Shown here in pieces: positions 1-9,949 of a stretch of 64,000 nucleotides of DNA. How positions within the stretch are numbered: the stretch's first letter is position 1; every line of letters begins with the position of its first letter. Location: assembly GCA_963765205.1 (NCBI GenBank), contig CAVXVB010000008.1, forward strand, positions 384,001 to 448,000, read 5' to 3'. The notes beneath the pieces are model-generated. The model did no database searches. It saw nothing but the letters and a program-made list of their open reading frames with translations, and was not told the DNA's origin. The translations under genes and the position numbers were made by a program. This stretch comes from an uncultured Verrucomicrobiae bacterium (GTDB lineage: Bacteria > Verrucomicrobiota > Verrucomicrobiia > Opitutales > JABDGR01).

Positions 1-1
1 G

Positions 2-280
2 CACGGCTACGAACTGCCGGCGGGCGAGAGCGGCCTCTATTATAGCTGCGGCTTCGTGCTCGCGACGGGCCTGCTCCACCTAGCGGGCATCACCATCGGG
101 CTGATCCATCGCTGGCCGGCGGGGCGCGTGGCGCTGCGCGTCTGCGGCGCGATGATTTTGATGGGCGGCCTGTATTTCCTCTACCAAGCCTTCCAGCCGG
201 AAACCGAAGAACCCACCACCGCCCCCACCGCCGCGAAAACCGCGGCCCTGGCCCCGGCCCAGCTCTCAACTCAAGCGTAG
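2..280 (+). CDS. HupE/UreJ family membrane protein, 3' part (5' end outside window)
   Basis: Frame from nt 2 reads HGYELPAGESGLYYSCGFVLATGLLHLAGITIG, the typical HupE/UreJ C-terminal pattern (HG.E...Y..GF..AT..LH..G). Confidence 0.8.
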   Translation, partial: HGYELPAGESGLYYSCGFVLATGLLHLAGITIGLIHRWPAGRVALRVCGAMILMGGLYFLYQAFQPETEEPTTAPTAAKTAALAPAQLSTQA

Positions 281-294
281 CCGGAAGCAAAAAG

Positions 295-1613
295 CTCAGG
301 TGATAAGGTAAAGCCTGACCCTCTCTGATTTCCCTTCGGGCTTTCCTCAATGGGTCTCTACTTTCCTCAGTGGGTCTCTATTTTCCGGGGCTAAATACAT
401 TCGCCAAGCAAAAACCCATGGATAGAGTGAGTATTCAATATGATCCCTCATCGCTGGAGTTTGGCCACCGTCGTCATTTTGGTTCTTTTTTTGACGGGTT
501 GCACGGATGTCTATGGGCCGACCAGCGCGAGTGAACAGTGGTTGACCTATACCAGCGCGGAGAATGGATTTCACATCAAATACCCCTCCCAGGCGTGGCT
601 GGAGGAACAAGGTGGCGACGGATGTTTTTTTGGCCGATACTCGGACGAAGGATTGCGCGTTCAGCGTTTAAATCAGTCCATGGACTCGTTCATAAAAACT
701 TTTGGCGATCTCAGTTGGAGCACAGCAAAAGTTAACGGGCAGAAGGTGAAACAAGCCACCTCCGTGCAGAGGAATTTTACCGATCTATTCAGCTACCAGG
801 ATATAAAAGTGACCAAGCGGCTGTTCATTCAGAATGGCCCCTCCGTCTATGTGATTTCCTGGAGTCCCGGCTGGAAAAACAAATCGGCCCCAGACCCAGC
901 GACAAGCGCCACCTACCGCGAAATGATTGGAACCTTTGGCTTTAATGAAATTATCCATTCCGACCATTTGGACTACACCGACTCCGTTCATCATTATTCT
1001 TTCGCCTATCCGCCGGCCTGGCGGGTGTCGAGGGGCGGCGACATGGTCACGGTGGCCTCAGCCGATTACGGTCTGCGAATCTGGGTCGTGACTGATTCCA
1101 CTGCCGAGATATTTCAACACCGGCCGGCCACCCAGCTTAAGGATGTCGGGGAAAAGCAGCCTTTCTTTCAACATCAACTAATTGGGCAAAAGTGTCTGTT
1201 GCTTGGCCGGGAAACTTATTTTTTTGAAAAGAACAAAAATGTTTATGTCATTGCGCTTACCGGCAGAATTGCCCATGGTCGTGAACTGGATGCTATTTTG
1301 GACAGTTTCCGCCTGCCGCCTGATTGATTTAACCAAGGCCAAAAAGGGATCATAGGGGCCAAAAAGAGGGGCCCAAAAAAACCAGCGAGGGTCAGGCTTT
1401 ACCTTATTACCCGAGTTTTCAGCCCTTTTTCATTCGGTCACGGGCGATCCGCCAAGGCCTGCTCCATTTCCGCCCGCGACACCCAGTGGGGGTTGTTCAG
1501 CGCGGCGGCCACTTGCCCGCGCCAGGCCGGGTTTTTGCGCAAGGCCAGCCCGCGCAGATAACGAAAAAGCAGGGCGAAAAAGCAGGGGGTCAGGCTGCAC
1601 CTTATTACCTGAG
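295..1613. repeat. 27-bp repeat family: one copy at 295-321, inverted copies at 1389-1415 and 1587-1613
   Basis: CTCAGGTGATAAGGTAAAGCCTGACCC versus GGGTCAGGCTTTACCTTATTACCCGAG and GGGTCAGGCTGCACCTTATTACCTGAG; partial AAGCCTGACC at 21651. Confidence 0.8.
440..1327 (+). CDS. Putative lipoprotein with two PsbP/Mog1-like repeats
   Basis: 295-aa ORF; hydrophobic signal peptide with LTGC lipobox; two Y...F.(I/F).YP..W motifs. Confidence 0.65.
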   Translation: MIPHRWSLATVVILVLFLTGCTDVYGPTSASEQWLTYTSAENGFHIKYPSQAWLEEQGGDGCFFGRYSDEGLRVQRLNQSMDSFIKTFGDLSWSTAKVNGQKVKQATSVQRNFTDLFSYQDIKVTKRLFIQNGPSVYVISWSPGWKNKSAPDPATSATYREMIGTFGFNEIIHSDHLDYTDSVHHYSFAYPPAWRVSRGGDMVTVASADYGLRIWVVTDSTAEIFQHRPATQLKDVGEKQPFFQHQLIGQKCLLLGRETYFFEKNKNVYVIALTGRIAHGRELDAILDSFRLPPD

Positions 1614-1634
1614 TTTTTGCCCTCTTTCATTCCG

Positions 1635-2024
1635 TCACAGGCGATACGCCAGAGGATGCTTCGGCTCGTAGAGAATGATGTCGTCCGCGCCCGGCACGGC
1701 CATCACGACCACGAGTCCATAGCCGTGATCCTGAACTGCGGTGCGGAACTCCGCGCCCTTGCCCTTCAGTTCCGCGACCGTGGCGGCGATATCGTCGCAC
1801 ATCAGCGAGATCAAATGGTGCCGCGGCGATTCGTAAGTCTGGCCCGCGTGGACGCTGCGGGTCGGGTGTACGCCCATTTCGCTCGGCCCGGCCTTGAAGA
1901 TCAGCCAGCCCTCGCCTCCGCCCTTCACATCCTCGACGCAGGGCCAGCCGAGGACGTTGCGCAGGAAGGCGCGCGTCGCGGGCGCGTCGTCGGAATAGAT
2001 CAGGGTGTGGATGCTGGTGATCAT
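1635..2024 (-). CDS. VOC/glyoxalase (extradiol dioxygenase-like) family protein
   Basis: MITSIHTLIYSDDAPATRAF...LMCDDIAATVAELK...LYEPKHP; TTGTCA-N17-TAACCG promoter-like motif upstream on the minus strand. Confidence 0.85.
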   Translation of the reverse strand: MITSIHTLIYSDDAPATRAFLRNVLGWPCVEDVKGGGEGWLIFKAGPSEMGVHPTRSVHAGQTYESPRHHLISLMCDDIAATVAELKGKGAEFRTAVQDHGYGLVVVMAVPGADDIILYEPKHPLAYRL

Positions 2025-2167
2025 CGGACGGAACGAACGGTTAGGCGGGTTCCGGGCCTTTGACAAGCCCGAAGCAAGGTACGCGACAACTCTATTTCCT
2101 TGGCTTGTCCGCCAATTCGGCTCGCCAAACCCTGCTTAACCCACCAAGCTTATCCGCATTCGTTTCC

Positions 2168-2806
2168 ATGAACTTTTCTCGTCAATGGTGGAAAGCCGCG
2201 GCGGCGCTGGCGCTCGTCCTCGCCTGGCCGGCGCGGGCGGACGCGCATTTGGTGACGACGGGTCTGGGGCCGGTTTACGACGGCATCGGCCACTGGGCGT
2301 CCACGCCGGAGGACATCCTGCCGGTGGTGGCGCTGGGGGTGTTGGCCGGGCTGCGCGGGCCGTTGACGGGCCGGTGGCTGATGTTTGTGCTGCCGGGGAC
2401 GTGGCTGCTGGGCGGGGTGGCGGGGATGCTGATGTCCACGGTGCCGGAACTTTCGCGCCCCGTGTTGTCGGGCATCATCTCGTTCACTTTTCTCGCACCG
2501 GGCCTGCTGGCGTTATCGGATCTGAAGGTGCCCCCGGCGGTGGTCATCGGGGTCGGAGCCGTCGTCGGGGTTGTGCATGGATTTTTGGACGCAGGGGGCT
2601 TTCGCTCCGAAGGCGCGACGACGACCGTGGGCATTTTGCAATTTGTCGGGATGACGTTCGAGTTGTTTGTCCTGATGGCGTTGCTGGCGGCATGGGTGGT
2701 GTCGCTGCGGCAGCCGTGGATGCGGGTGGCGGCGCGGGTGGCAGGCAGTTGGATTGCCGCGGCGGGGCTGTTGCTGCTCGGCTGGTCGCTGCGCGGGGTG
2801 GGTTAA
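2168..2806 (+). CDS. HupE/UreJ family membrane protein
   Basis: Signal peptide then AHLVTTGLGPVYDGIGH; several TM helices, VHG motif, C-terminal RVAGSWIAAAG. Confidence 0.75.
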   Translation: MNFSRQWWKAAAALALVLAWPARADAHLVTTGLGPVYDGIGHWASTPEDILPVVALGVLAGLRGPLTGRWLMFVLPGTWLLGGVAGMLMSTVPELSRPVLSGIISFTFLAPGLLALSDLKVPPAVVIGVGAVVGVVHGFLDAGGFRSEGATTTVGILQFVGMTFELFVLMALLAAWVVSLRQPWMRVAARVAGSWIAAAGLLLLGWSLRGVG

Positions 2807-2910
2807 ATGGCCGCTGGGAACGAGTCAGCCACGTTCGCACTTGCCAGAACGGCGCGAGGCGGCTATTAAAAAAACGTTTTCCCCCCATCCCCTTTCCCAT
2901 TTTCCAACCC

Positions 2911-2984
2911 GCGGGCGTAGTATAGAGGTAATACGTGAGCTTCCCAAGCTTGAATCGAGGGTTCGATTCCCTCCGCCCGCACCA
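2911..2984 (+). tRNA. tRNA-Gly(CCC)
   Basis: GCGGGCG acceptor 5' strand, TTCCCAA anticodon loop, GGTTCGATTCC T-arm, CGCCCGC-A-CCA 3' end. Confidence 0.95.
2955..2984 (+). repeat. attL core (tRNA-Gly 3' end)
   Basis: TCGAGGGTTCGATTCCCTCCGCCCGCACCA, identical to 14585-14614. Confidence 0.95.
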
Positions 2985-3045
2985 GTTATGCAACTTGATA
3001 TTTAACAATGGGTTACTTAACATTGCGTGACGTGAGATTTGAATT

Positions 3046-3068
3046 CTTCCAATAAAACTTCCAATAAA
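3046..3068 (+). promoter_or_regulatory. Putative integrase arm-type sites (left pair)
   Basis: CTTCCAATAAA twice with 12-bp period; same CTTCCAAT core as 14489-14511. Confidence 0.65.
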
Positions 3069-3160
3069 TCGTGGAGGCATATCGGTGTTGCGCAAGTGGC
3101 CAGATGTATTTCTATGGATAGCAAAAGTGCTGCCATGGCAAAAATACGCGACGTAACAAA

Positions 3161-4054
3161 ATGAAGAATCAAAAGACATTCCCTCGCCATTGGCCTGGGC
3201 CAGACATTGAAAGGCACCGCGTCCCAAGTGATCCGCATCTTGAACTCATCAATTTACCGCCATTCACTTTTGAGGATGAACCTCCTGGGGAATTCCTTGA
3301 GGATTGGCGTGCCAAACTAAAGAGCAATGGCACTTTTTCATTATATTCTGAAAATGATGGGCCTACTCCTGACATGGCTTTCAATCAAGCTCGGGAAAGT
3401 CTAATTGAGTTATGCCAAACGTCATGGGAAGGTGACGTGCCAGCAATACAGCGCTTTCTGGAAATGAGTAGATGGATGTGTGATCAATTGTCAGAAATGG
3501 AAAGATTCGCTCCTGACATACTCGCCAATCTTGGAACAACCTCTATTAATTGGCCAATGAACATAGGGCCAGGAAACGCATATATCCGCGAGGCGAAACG
3601 TCGGCTTGAAATATTGCAGATTGGAGCAAAAGCTCCAATTCGGATTGCTCCAAGCGGCAAACAACCAGATTTTTTTGCGAGCCCCTCTTATAAACTTTTG
3701 TTTAGGCTGTATGTGTATGTTAGCAATGTAAGGCTGATGTGGCTACAAGGCGACATGTGGCTCGCTGAAAAAAACGTGTGGGCAAATGAGGCAATTACAC
3801 TTCTTGAACTCGACAAAAAAACTGCCCCGGCTTGGTTTGAAGTAATGTGGAAAATCCTCCTGTATGCGACCGACAATAAGCCCGAAAGTCGGCCTGAGTT
3901 GAAAGCCTTAGGCGAGGGGCGTGAATATGACAGTGAATTCTACGAAGGCCGCAAAAATCCGCCATTGCGCACAAGAATTGCGAAAATTCGCAATGGGATT
4001 AAAACCCGGCTCAAACGCGACTTCTTCAAAATGATTAGAGCAGATTCTCCCTGA
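3161..4054 (+). CDS. Hypothetical protein of the integrative element
   Basis: 297-aa ORF directly upstream of the xis-rep-ssb module; no motif recognised. Confidence 0.7.
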   Translation: MKNQKTFPRHWPGPDIERHRVPSDPHLELINLPPFTFEDEPPGEFLEDWRAKLKSNGTFSLYSENDGPTPDMAFNQARESLIELCQTSWEGDVPAIQRFLEMSRWMCDQLSEMERFAPDILANLGTTSINWPMNIGPGNAYIREAKRRLEILQIGAKAPIRIAPSGKQPDFFASPSYKLLFRLYVYVSNVRLMWLQGDMWLAEKNVWANEAITLLELDKKTAPAWFEVMWKILLYATDNKPESRPELKALGEGREYDSEFYEGRKNPPLRTRIAKIRNGIKTRLKRDFFKMIRADSP

Positions 4055-4099
4055 ATCGGTGCTAATAGAGGGAGGTCGTGGATTGTGGTAAGAATAGCC

Positions 4100-4405
4100 A
4101 TGATCCAAACTTTGGCTCCAACACCTGCGGCGACGCACTCGCCCGGCACTCACGCGACCTGGCCTATCTGGCTGCGTCTTCCTAAACCCGGTGCCCGTTG
4201 CCCCTACACCGGGCTATCGCGCGGCACCCTGGTTGAACTCGTCTTGCCATGCCCGGTAAACGACAACCGCCCCCCGGTGCGGAGTGTCTGCCTCAAAAAG
4301 AAAAATGCCATTCGTGGCATCCGGCTAATTGATGCCGCCAGCCTTGCCCAGCATTTGGCGCACCTGGCTGACGAACAAACCCCCGCTCAAGGAGCCAGAC
4401 TATGA
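4100..4405 (+). CDS. Excisionase/AlpA-like DNA-binding protein
   Basis: WLRLPKPG..CPYTGLSRGTLVEL...GIRLIDAASL resembles winged-HTH recombination directionality factors; stop overlaps the rep start (ATGA). Confidence 0.65.
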   Translation: MIQTLAPTPAATHSPGTHATWPIWLRLPKPGARCPYTGLSRGTLVELVLPCPVNDNRPPVRSVCLKKKNAIRGIRLIDAASLAQHLAHLADEQTPAQGARL

Positions 4406-5553
4406 GCACAACCCCAAAGAAAAGAGGCGGTAAACGCCGCTCTGCTGACTGGCCTGCCTGTAAGCCCGTCCTGCCCTCCATAGCTGCGCCCGACACCGGC
4501 TCGCTGTCAAGGTGGAGCACAGCTCGCGAGCAATACCTTGACAGCCTCCCAGCCGGTAAAATTGACCAGCGCCCAGGGCAGGACCGCATTTCGGGGAAAA
4601 AATTGACCGTCACCAAGCCGCATTTTGCGCCTGCTAAGGCGCGAAGGGCGGCACGACTTCAATCCGACTCACCGAAACCGCGAGCAAAAACCAAACCGCT
4701 CAAGGCAGGGCCGCCGCAAAGGCCACAGGCCGTCGTCGGTGGCCGGGCCGGTCGTTCACGAGAAACACCCCCTGTTATGGGGCTGCTTTGCGAATATATA
4801 CCGATCTCGTGGCATCACGAAAAGGGCATTATCAAGGTCGTCCGGCGCCTCCTGCCTCGGTTACCTGACGTGTCGGGGATGCTGTTCCTGACATTCAGCC
4901 TGGATAGAAACCTTTTCAGCGGCCCAGCCTCCGCGTTTGAGTTAGCCCGGCAGAGAATCCGCAAGCTCTTTGCCCGCCTCCGCAAAGGCATAATGTGGAT
5001 GGGCAAAACATACAAGATCGCTGCCCCCTACTGTGTAAAAGTCGAATTTCATGGTGATGATGAAGGATGGGTTCACTTTCACGTCATCCTCTTAACCCGC
5101 CGCTTCATCCCAGGCGACCTGCTCAATTACCTTTGGGACCTTGGTCGGGTAAATGTCGCTCGCATCAGCAATGACGATTTCCATTACCTGCTAAAATATT
5201 CCTGTAAGGGCGTAGGGTATCCCCCATGGGCCTTATCCCGCCGCCGATTGCGCATCTTCCAGCCCTCCCATGGCTTCCTTTTGGCTGTCGAGAAGCCGGA
5301 AGCCAAGGAAGGCCCTAAAACGAAGCGCGAGCGCGTCTCCTACACCATCGGCCAGCGCCTGGAACGCTGGTCCCGAATGGCGCTATTCAATTGCCACGGT
5401 AGCTACCAGGCAATCCGGCTCCTGCGCCCATTCAAACAACTTTTTGATGAGTTAGTTTTCTCCATTGCCGAGGAAGGGAGATACCTGGGCCTCGGGCTTA
5501 TCAAAATTAACCACATAACTGATCTAAGTCTATGGCAACTGATACCAAACTGA
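4402..5553 (+). CDS. HUH-family rolling-circle replication initiator (Rep)
   Basis: Motif I FLTFS, motif II VHFHVIL, motif III YLLKYSCK (two tyrosines) in canonical order; true start may be downstream. Confidence 0.85.
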   Translation: MSTTPKKRGGKRRSADWPACKPVLPSIAAPDTGSLSRWSTAREQYLDSLPAGKIDQRPGQDRISGKKLTVTKPHFAPAKARRAARLQSDSPKPRAKTKPLKAGPPQRPQAVVGGRAGRSRETPPVMGLLCEYIPISWHHEKGIIKVVRRLLPRLPDVSGMLFLTFSLDRNLFSGPASAFELARQRIRKLFARLRKGIMWMGKTYKIAAPYCVKVEFHGDDEGWVHFHVILLTRRFIPGDLLNYLWDLGRVNVARISNDDFHYLLKYSCKGVGYPPWALSRRRLRIFQPSHGFLLAVEKPEAKEGPKTKRERVSYTIGQRLERWSRMALFNCHGSYQAIRLLRPFKQLFDELVFSIAEEGRYLGLGLIKINHITDLSLWQLIPN

Positions 5554-5858
5554 ACCTAAAATCCGGGGTGTATGTGCGCGGAACCGTCTTGTCCAGCACC
5601 GCCACCCTGTTCGACCGCAAGGACAAATCCGGCCAATTCGTGCGCATTCGGCACGAAATCGCCACCAAACCCGGAGTCATTGACTTCGAGCAGATACTGG
5701 ACACGGCCAAAGACGCCGGCGTCAAGGTGGAGGGCGGCAAAGTCGTCACCTTCCCCACCTACCCGGAAGACTCGCCGATCACGCTCAAGCTCGAACCTGG
5801 GGCGATTAAGGAGTTCAAGGGCAAGGTCAAGATCACTCGGGCGGAACTCCTTGCCTGA
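5532..5858 (+). CDS. Putative single-stranded DNA-binding protein (OB-fold, phage G5P-like)
   Basis: 108-aa beta-rich basic protein overlapping the rep 3' end; position typical of rep-ssb modules. Confidence 0.55.
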   Translation: MATDTKLNLKSGVYVRGTVLSSTATLFDRKDKSGQFVRIRHEIATKPGVIDFEQILDTAKDAGVKVEGGKVVTFPTYPEDSPITLKLEPGAIKEFKGKVKITRAELLA

Positions 5859-5895
5859 AAGACCTTGCCATGCCCGGCAAAATGACAGAGAAACG

Positions 5896-5951
5896 GGGCC
5901 GGTCGGGGGCCGCGTCCGGCGTGAGCCGGACGCGCCCCCACCGGCCCTTTT
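5896..5951 (+). terminator. Long GC hairpin with GTGA tetraloop followed by TTTT
   Basis: GGGCCGGT-CGGGGGC-CGCGTCCGGC-GTGA-GCCGGACGCG-CCCCCA-CCGGCCC-TTTT after ssb. Confidence 0.55.
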
Positions 5952-5991
5952 CCTTGTTTCTAATCGTGTAATAACTGTCCAATATGAAACT

Positions 5992-8454
5992 ATGGCAAAA
6001 CTATTTAGAACTTTCAAACGAGCACTACTCAAGGCAAAGACAGAGGAGGAGGTGAAATCTATATACGCAGGTCACTTCGGCCTTCGTTACGATACTGAAT
6101 TTAGACACGACCTTTATTCGCAAGAAATACTTTACGAGTTCAAGTTTAACCGGCAGCTTAAAAAACGAGGTGTGAGGGCTTCAATAATCGCACAGGTTCT
6201 GTATTATATTCGACGCCTTAGATACAGTCACGCCGATAAAGCGATCCCTCCCGTAATTTGCATCGCTGACCATAACGCAGCATTCTTTACTTACACGAAT
6301 ACTTGGAGCAAATTCTATAAAAATGAGAAGGGAAAATATGACTGGGAAGTCGCTCCAAGCACTCCCGATCAAAAACTTGTTATTGATTTAAGTACGTCTA
6401 AAGAGATCAACACCATACAAGTATACAACGTATTAGAAGAATCTGAATTCAAACGATTCAGCGAAGCTTTAGAACAACATAGGTCAAAACAATTAACCTT
6501 AGAACTTCGTGAAAAGAAATTAATCACTGAGGATAATTTTGAAGATGTTTTCGAATATTGGAACAGATGCTTTGGTCAGGCCGTAAAAAATGGCACAAAA
6601 CCATCTCGCTATTTTCTGTGTGACATCCAGAAGGAACGGTCTTTATATGACCCAATTGAGAATAAAGTTATATTCTTCGTTGGTCCCACAGAGAAGAGAG
6701 CAAAGAAAATATTGCCGAATGAATATGAATTATTTTGGTCAAATTATGAAAAGGTAAGTAACCCAGATACAGTCAGAAATATTTTGGCAAAAGTAGATCG
6801 ACTGACTGAAGAGCCAATCAAAAGATTTACCGGGGAGTTTTTTACACCGGTTCTCTTTGCTAAAAAAGCCCACAAGTATTTAGAGAAAGCTGTTGGAACA
6901 GAATGGTGGACTAAGAATATAAGACTTTGGGACATGGCAGCAGGAACGGGAAATCTAGAGTGGTATTTGCCTTCTGACTCTTACAAGAATATATACCTAT
7001 CTACACTTCATAGGGACGATGTCGAACACTGCAAACGAGTGTTTCCGGATGCTACTGTCTTCCAATACGATTATCTTAATGATGACATTGACAACGTTTT
7101 TGCACAAGGGTCTCTCTTCGCTGAGCCAACGAAGCTTCCTGACAATTTAGCTTCAGACCTATTGAATCCCGAAATCAGTTGGATTATTTTTATAAATCCC
7201 CCTTTTGCTACATCACAAACTGCCGGCACCTCAGGCAAGAGTAAAAAGAATGTTAGTAAGACAAAAATTCGACCACTCATGCATGAAATGGGTCTTGGTG
7301 AAGTTTCACGAGAACTATTTGCTCAATTCCTATTTCGCATTAAACATGAATTCAGAGGGAAGCAGGCTTGCCTAGGCCTATTTTCTACGCTCAAGTATGT
7401 GACTGCTAATAATGATCAAACTTTTCGCGATAAAATATTTAAGTTTACATATAAAAACGGTTTTATTTTTTCGTCGGCAAATTTTTGGGGGACGAAAAAA
7501 GGAAACCCATTTCCTGTAGGATTTCTTGTTTGGGATCTTGTTAACCAAAAAAAGCTTGAGGATCAGACAATTGAAGTTGATGTTCTAGATGACGATTCCA
7601 GCAAGCTGGCTAGAAAGCTAATCACTTCAGAACACCGGTCACAATTTTTAAGCAAATGGATTGAACGACCAGACGCGACAGAAAAGTTTCCGCCTTTTGG
7701 TGGAGCAATATCTATAAAATCTAATAATGAAGATACTCGTGATAGGGTGGCTCCTGGTTTTCTTGCTTCATTGATGTGCAAAGGAAATGACGTTCAAAAT
7801 TACAATAATGTCGCACTTCTTTCTGGCCCGTACGTAAGTGCTGGTTCACTCTCAATCACAGAAGGCAATTTCGATAAAGCCATGGTTGTCCATGCAGTTA
7901 GAAAGAATGTGAAAAAGACGTGGATAAATGATCGCGACCAATTTCTTCAACCCAGGAAGCAACCTAGCGTAGATTTCGTTAAAATATGCACGGTTTGGAA
8001 CCTTTTCTCCGATTCTAATCAAACTGCGTCGTTACGTAATGTTGATTATTTAGGCAATACTTATCAAATTGTAAATCATTTCTACCCCTTCAGAGTAGCA
8101 ACATTATCTCACTGGATCATTACAGATTCTGAAATTAAACGGTCACTAACGAAAGACCCTCAAGATCGATTTGTAGCCCTATGGCTTGATTCTCAAAGAC
8201 TGGATCCTCAATCACAAAATTTAATCAAAATTGGCAAAGAGGTATATAAGTCTTTTTATGCAAACTTTAAGGATCTCCCAACAGCAAAATACAAAATTGA
8301 ACACTGGGACGCGGGTTGGTGGCAGATAAGGAAGTGCATGATAGATGCTGGATTGGAATCCTCAAAATTCGTAGAATTGGAAGATTTACAGAAAAAGTTG
8401 GGTTTGGTAATTTACGGGTCAGCTTTGGATCTAGGCATTATATCTTCAATATAA
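5992..8454 (+). CDS. Type IIG-like restriction-modification fusion (PD-(D/E)xK nuclease plus N6-adenine methyltransferase)
   Basis: N-terminal D..EFK...QxxxY; GEFFTP, WDMAAGTGNL (SAM binding), INPPF (catalytic); AT-rich codon usage. Confidence 0.8.
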   Translation: MAKLFRTFKRALLKAKTEEEVKSIYAGHFGLRYDTEFRHDLYSQEILYEFKFNRQLKKRGVRASIIAQVLYYIRRLRYSHADKAIPPVICIADHNAAFFTYTNTWSKFYKNEKGKYDWEVAPSTPDQKLVIDLSTSKEINTIQVYNVLEESEFKRFSEALEQHRSKQLTLELREKKLITEDNFEDVFEYWNRCFGQAVKNGTKPSRYFLCDIQKERSLYDPIENKVIFFVGPTEKRAKKILPNEYELFWSNYEKVSNPDTVRNILAKVDRLTEEPIKRFTGEFFTPVLFAKKAHKYLEKAVGTEWWTKNIRLWDMAAGTGNLEWYLPSDSYKNIYLSTLHRDDVEHCKRVFPDATVFQYDYLNDDIDNVFAQGSLFAEPTKLPDNLASDLLNPEISWIIFINPPFATSQTAGTSGKSKKNVSKTKIRPLMHEMGLGEVSRELFAQFLFRIKHEFRGKQACLGLFSTLKYVTANNDQTFRDKIFKFTYKNGFIFSSANFWGTKKGNPFPVGFLVWDLVNQKKLEDQTIEVDVLDDDSSKLARKLITSEHRSQFLSKWIERPDATEKFPPFGGAISIKSNNEDTRDRVAPGFLASLMCKGNDVQNYNNVALLSGPYVSAGSLSITEGNFDKAMVVHAVRKNVKKTWINDRDQFLQPRKQPSVDFVKICTVWNLFSDSNQTASLRNVDYLGNTYQIVNHFYPFRVATLSHWIITDSEIKRSLTKDPQDRFVALWLDSQRLDPQSQNLIKIGKEVYKSFYANFKDLPTAKYKIEHWDAGWWQIRKCMIDAGLESSKFVELEDLQKKLGLVIYGSALDLGIISSI

Positions 8455-8459
8455 GATAG

Positions 8460-9048
8460 ATGGATATGACGCACAACCCGCTAATTCTGCCCATTGTCAC
8501 CATGGCTGTGCTCGGAGTGCTAGTCTTAGTCCTCAAGGTTCTCAAGGCTAGGGTATCGAAAGAGCCAGAAAATGGCACCTACTACCTCAAGCAATCTCTG
8601 TTTACCCCTGCAGAGCGGTCATTCCTTGGCGTGCTGGAGTCCTTGGGGATGCCAGAATACCGAATTATGGCTAAAGTGCGCCTGGCTGACATCTTTGGAG
8701 TCAAAAAGGGGCAAGGCTGGCGGTCGGCCTTCAACCGGATAAGCGCCAAGCATGTGGACTTCCTGCTGGTCAGGCAAAGCGACGGCGCACCGATTCTTGG
8801 CATCGAGCTCGACGATAGCTCCCATGATCGGCCGGATCCGCAAAGAGCGGGATAGGTTCGTTGACGTTGTTTTTGCCTCCGCTGGCCTGCCCCTGCTCCA
8901 TGTGCCAGCCCGCCAATCCTACGAAACAAGGGCCATTCAGGCACAGATCAATGACGCCATCAATAACCGGGCCAATGCGGGCGCAGTGGGGGCGGGTGGG
9001 GGATTGAGCGGGCCCAAAGCAGTCCCCGGTCAAGCGGCTGCCGGGTGA
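8460..9048 (+). CDS. DUF2726 family protein (apparent +1 frameshift near 8838)
   Basis: LFTPAERSF...KVRLAD...AKHVDFLL...IELDDSSH; removing one C gives PDRKERDRFVDVVFASAGLPLLHV. Confidence 0.85.
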
Positions 9049-9357
9049 GCTTGCACCGGGGTCTGCGACGGCTCGCAATTTTTGGTTCTTTTTCCCAAAA
9101 GGAAGGGAGGAAGCAGTCCGGGGTGCGAACGGGCGGGAGGTGTAGCGCAAGCGGAACGCACGCCAGGTAGTCGCCCCGGTCTGCGGGGTGGGTGCTTGTT
9201 TCGTTTTGACAACCTTGTGTGCCTTTGTCTTGCCTGTGCTTGGCGGCGGGGGTAACCAAGCCTGCGACAGTCTTATTCCAGCAGGAGAGTTCGGCACAGC
9301 ACAAATGCTCCCTTGGGGGCCACACGATGGAGAGCGTCTTGACAAATAAACTTTTCC

Positions 9358-9949
9358 TTAACCCTCTCTCCCCAACCCCGGCAACCCCAAAAAAGCAAAT
9401 TCCATTCAGTGAAAAGTTTGTGGGTTGAACCCAAAAAGTCAACGCCGACCGCCCCACCGAGGGAACAAGAGGCAACCTCAACCTGAACCCTTGCTTGCCC
9501 CCCGCGCAGCATGGCGAGCATCACGGCCAGCAGCCGGTGGTGCAGCTTCGTCGGCAGTGTGCGCGCGAGGCGGCGCAGTTGGCGGCTAACGGCCACTTCG
9601 TCAACACCACCAGCCCACCCGACTTCGGTGCCCTTTAACCGCTAGGCCCAAAGGGGGCAAGCCGATTAAGCCCCTCCTGTCAGCAGTAACATCCACGATC
9701 CATCATCTTGACATTGTAAATGTTTTTCGGGGTTGGTGTCAACTATGATAATTGAGCCTGTTGAATATTGCTGGCCATTATACCAGCAAATTCCGGGCGT
9801 AGGTGCAGGCGGCTGTGTAGGTGCAGGTGGGGGTGTTGTATTGCTCTCTTTCATGTTGTGAATGGGAGTTGATGTTAAAAGAGGACGAGGCATTTCTGGG
9901 CGATTTAACCCCCTCCTCCCAACCCTGGCAACCCCAAAAAAGCAATTTC
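9358..9949 (-). repeat. About 45-bp G-tract motif, pair 1 (9358-9403, 9905-9949)
   Basis: TTAACCC...CCAACCCYGGCAACCCCAAAAAAGCAAWTTC on the plus strand. Confidence 0.8.
9666..9854 (-). CDS. Small DUF1496-like Cys-containing protein
   Basis: CWYNGQQYSTG...LQCQDDGSW pattern. Confidence 0.5.
   Translation of the reverse strand: MKESNTTPPPAPTQPPAPTPGICWYNGQQYSTGSIIIVDTNPEKHLQCQDDGSWMLLLTGGA

Noticed and set aside
4768..4805. Rolling-circle double-strand origin inside the rep 5' region
   Set aside because: The small CCCC/GGGG hairpin and CTTTGCGAATATATAC only loosely resemble known nick sites; too weak to call
5572..5991. N-terminal extension of the 960-aa ORF
   Set aside because: Overlaps ssb and the hairpin; ATG 5992 coincides with the composition change and is the likelier start
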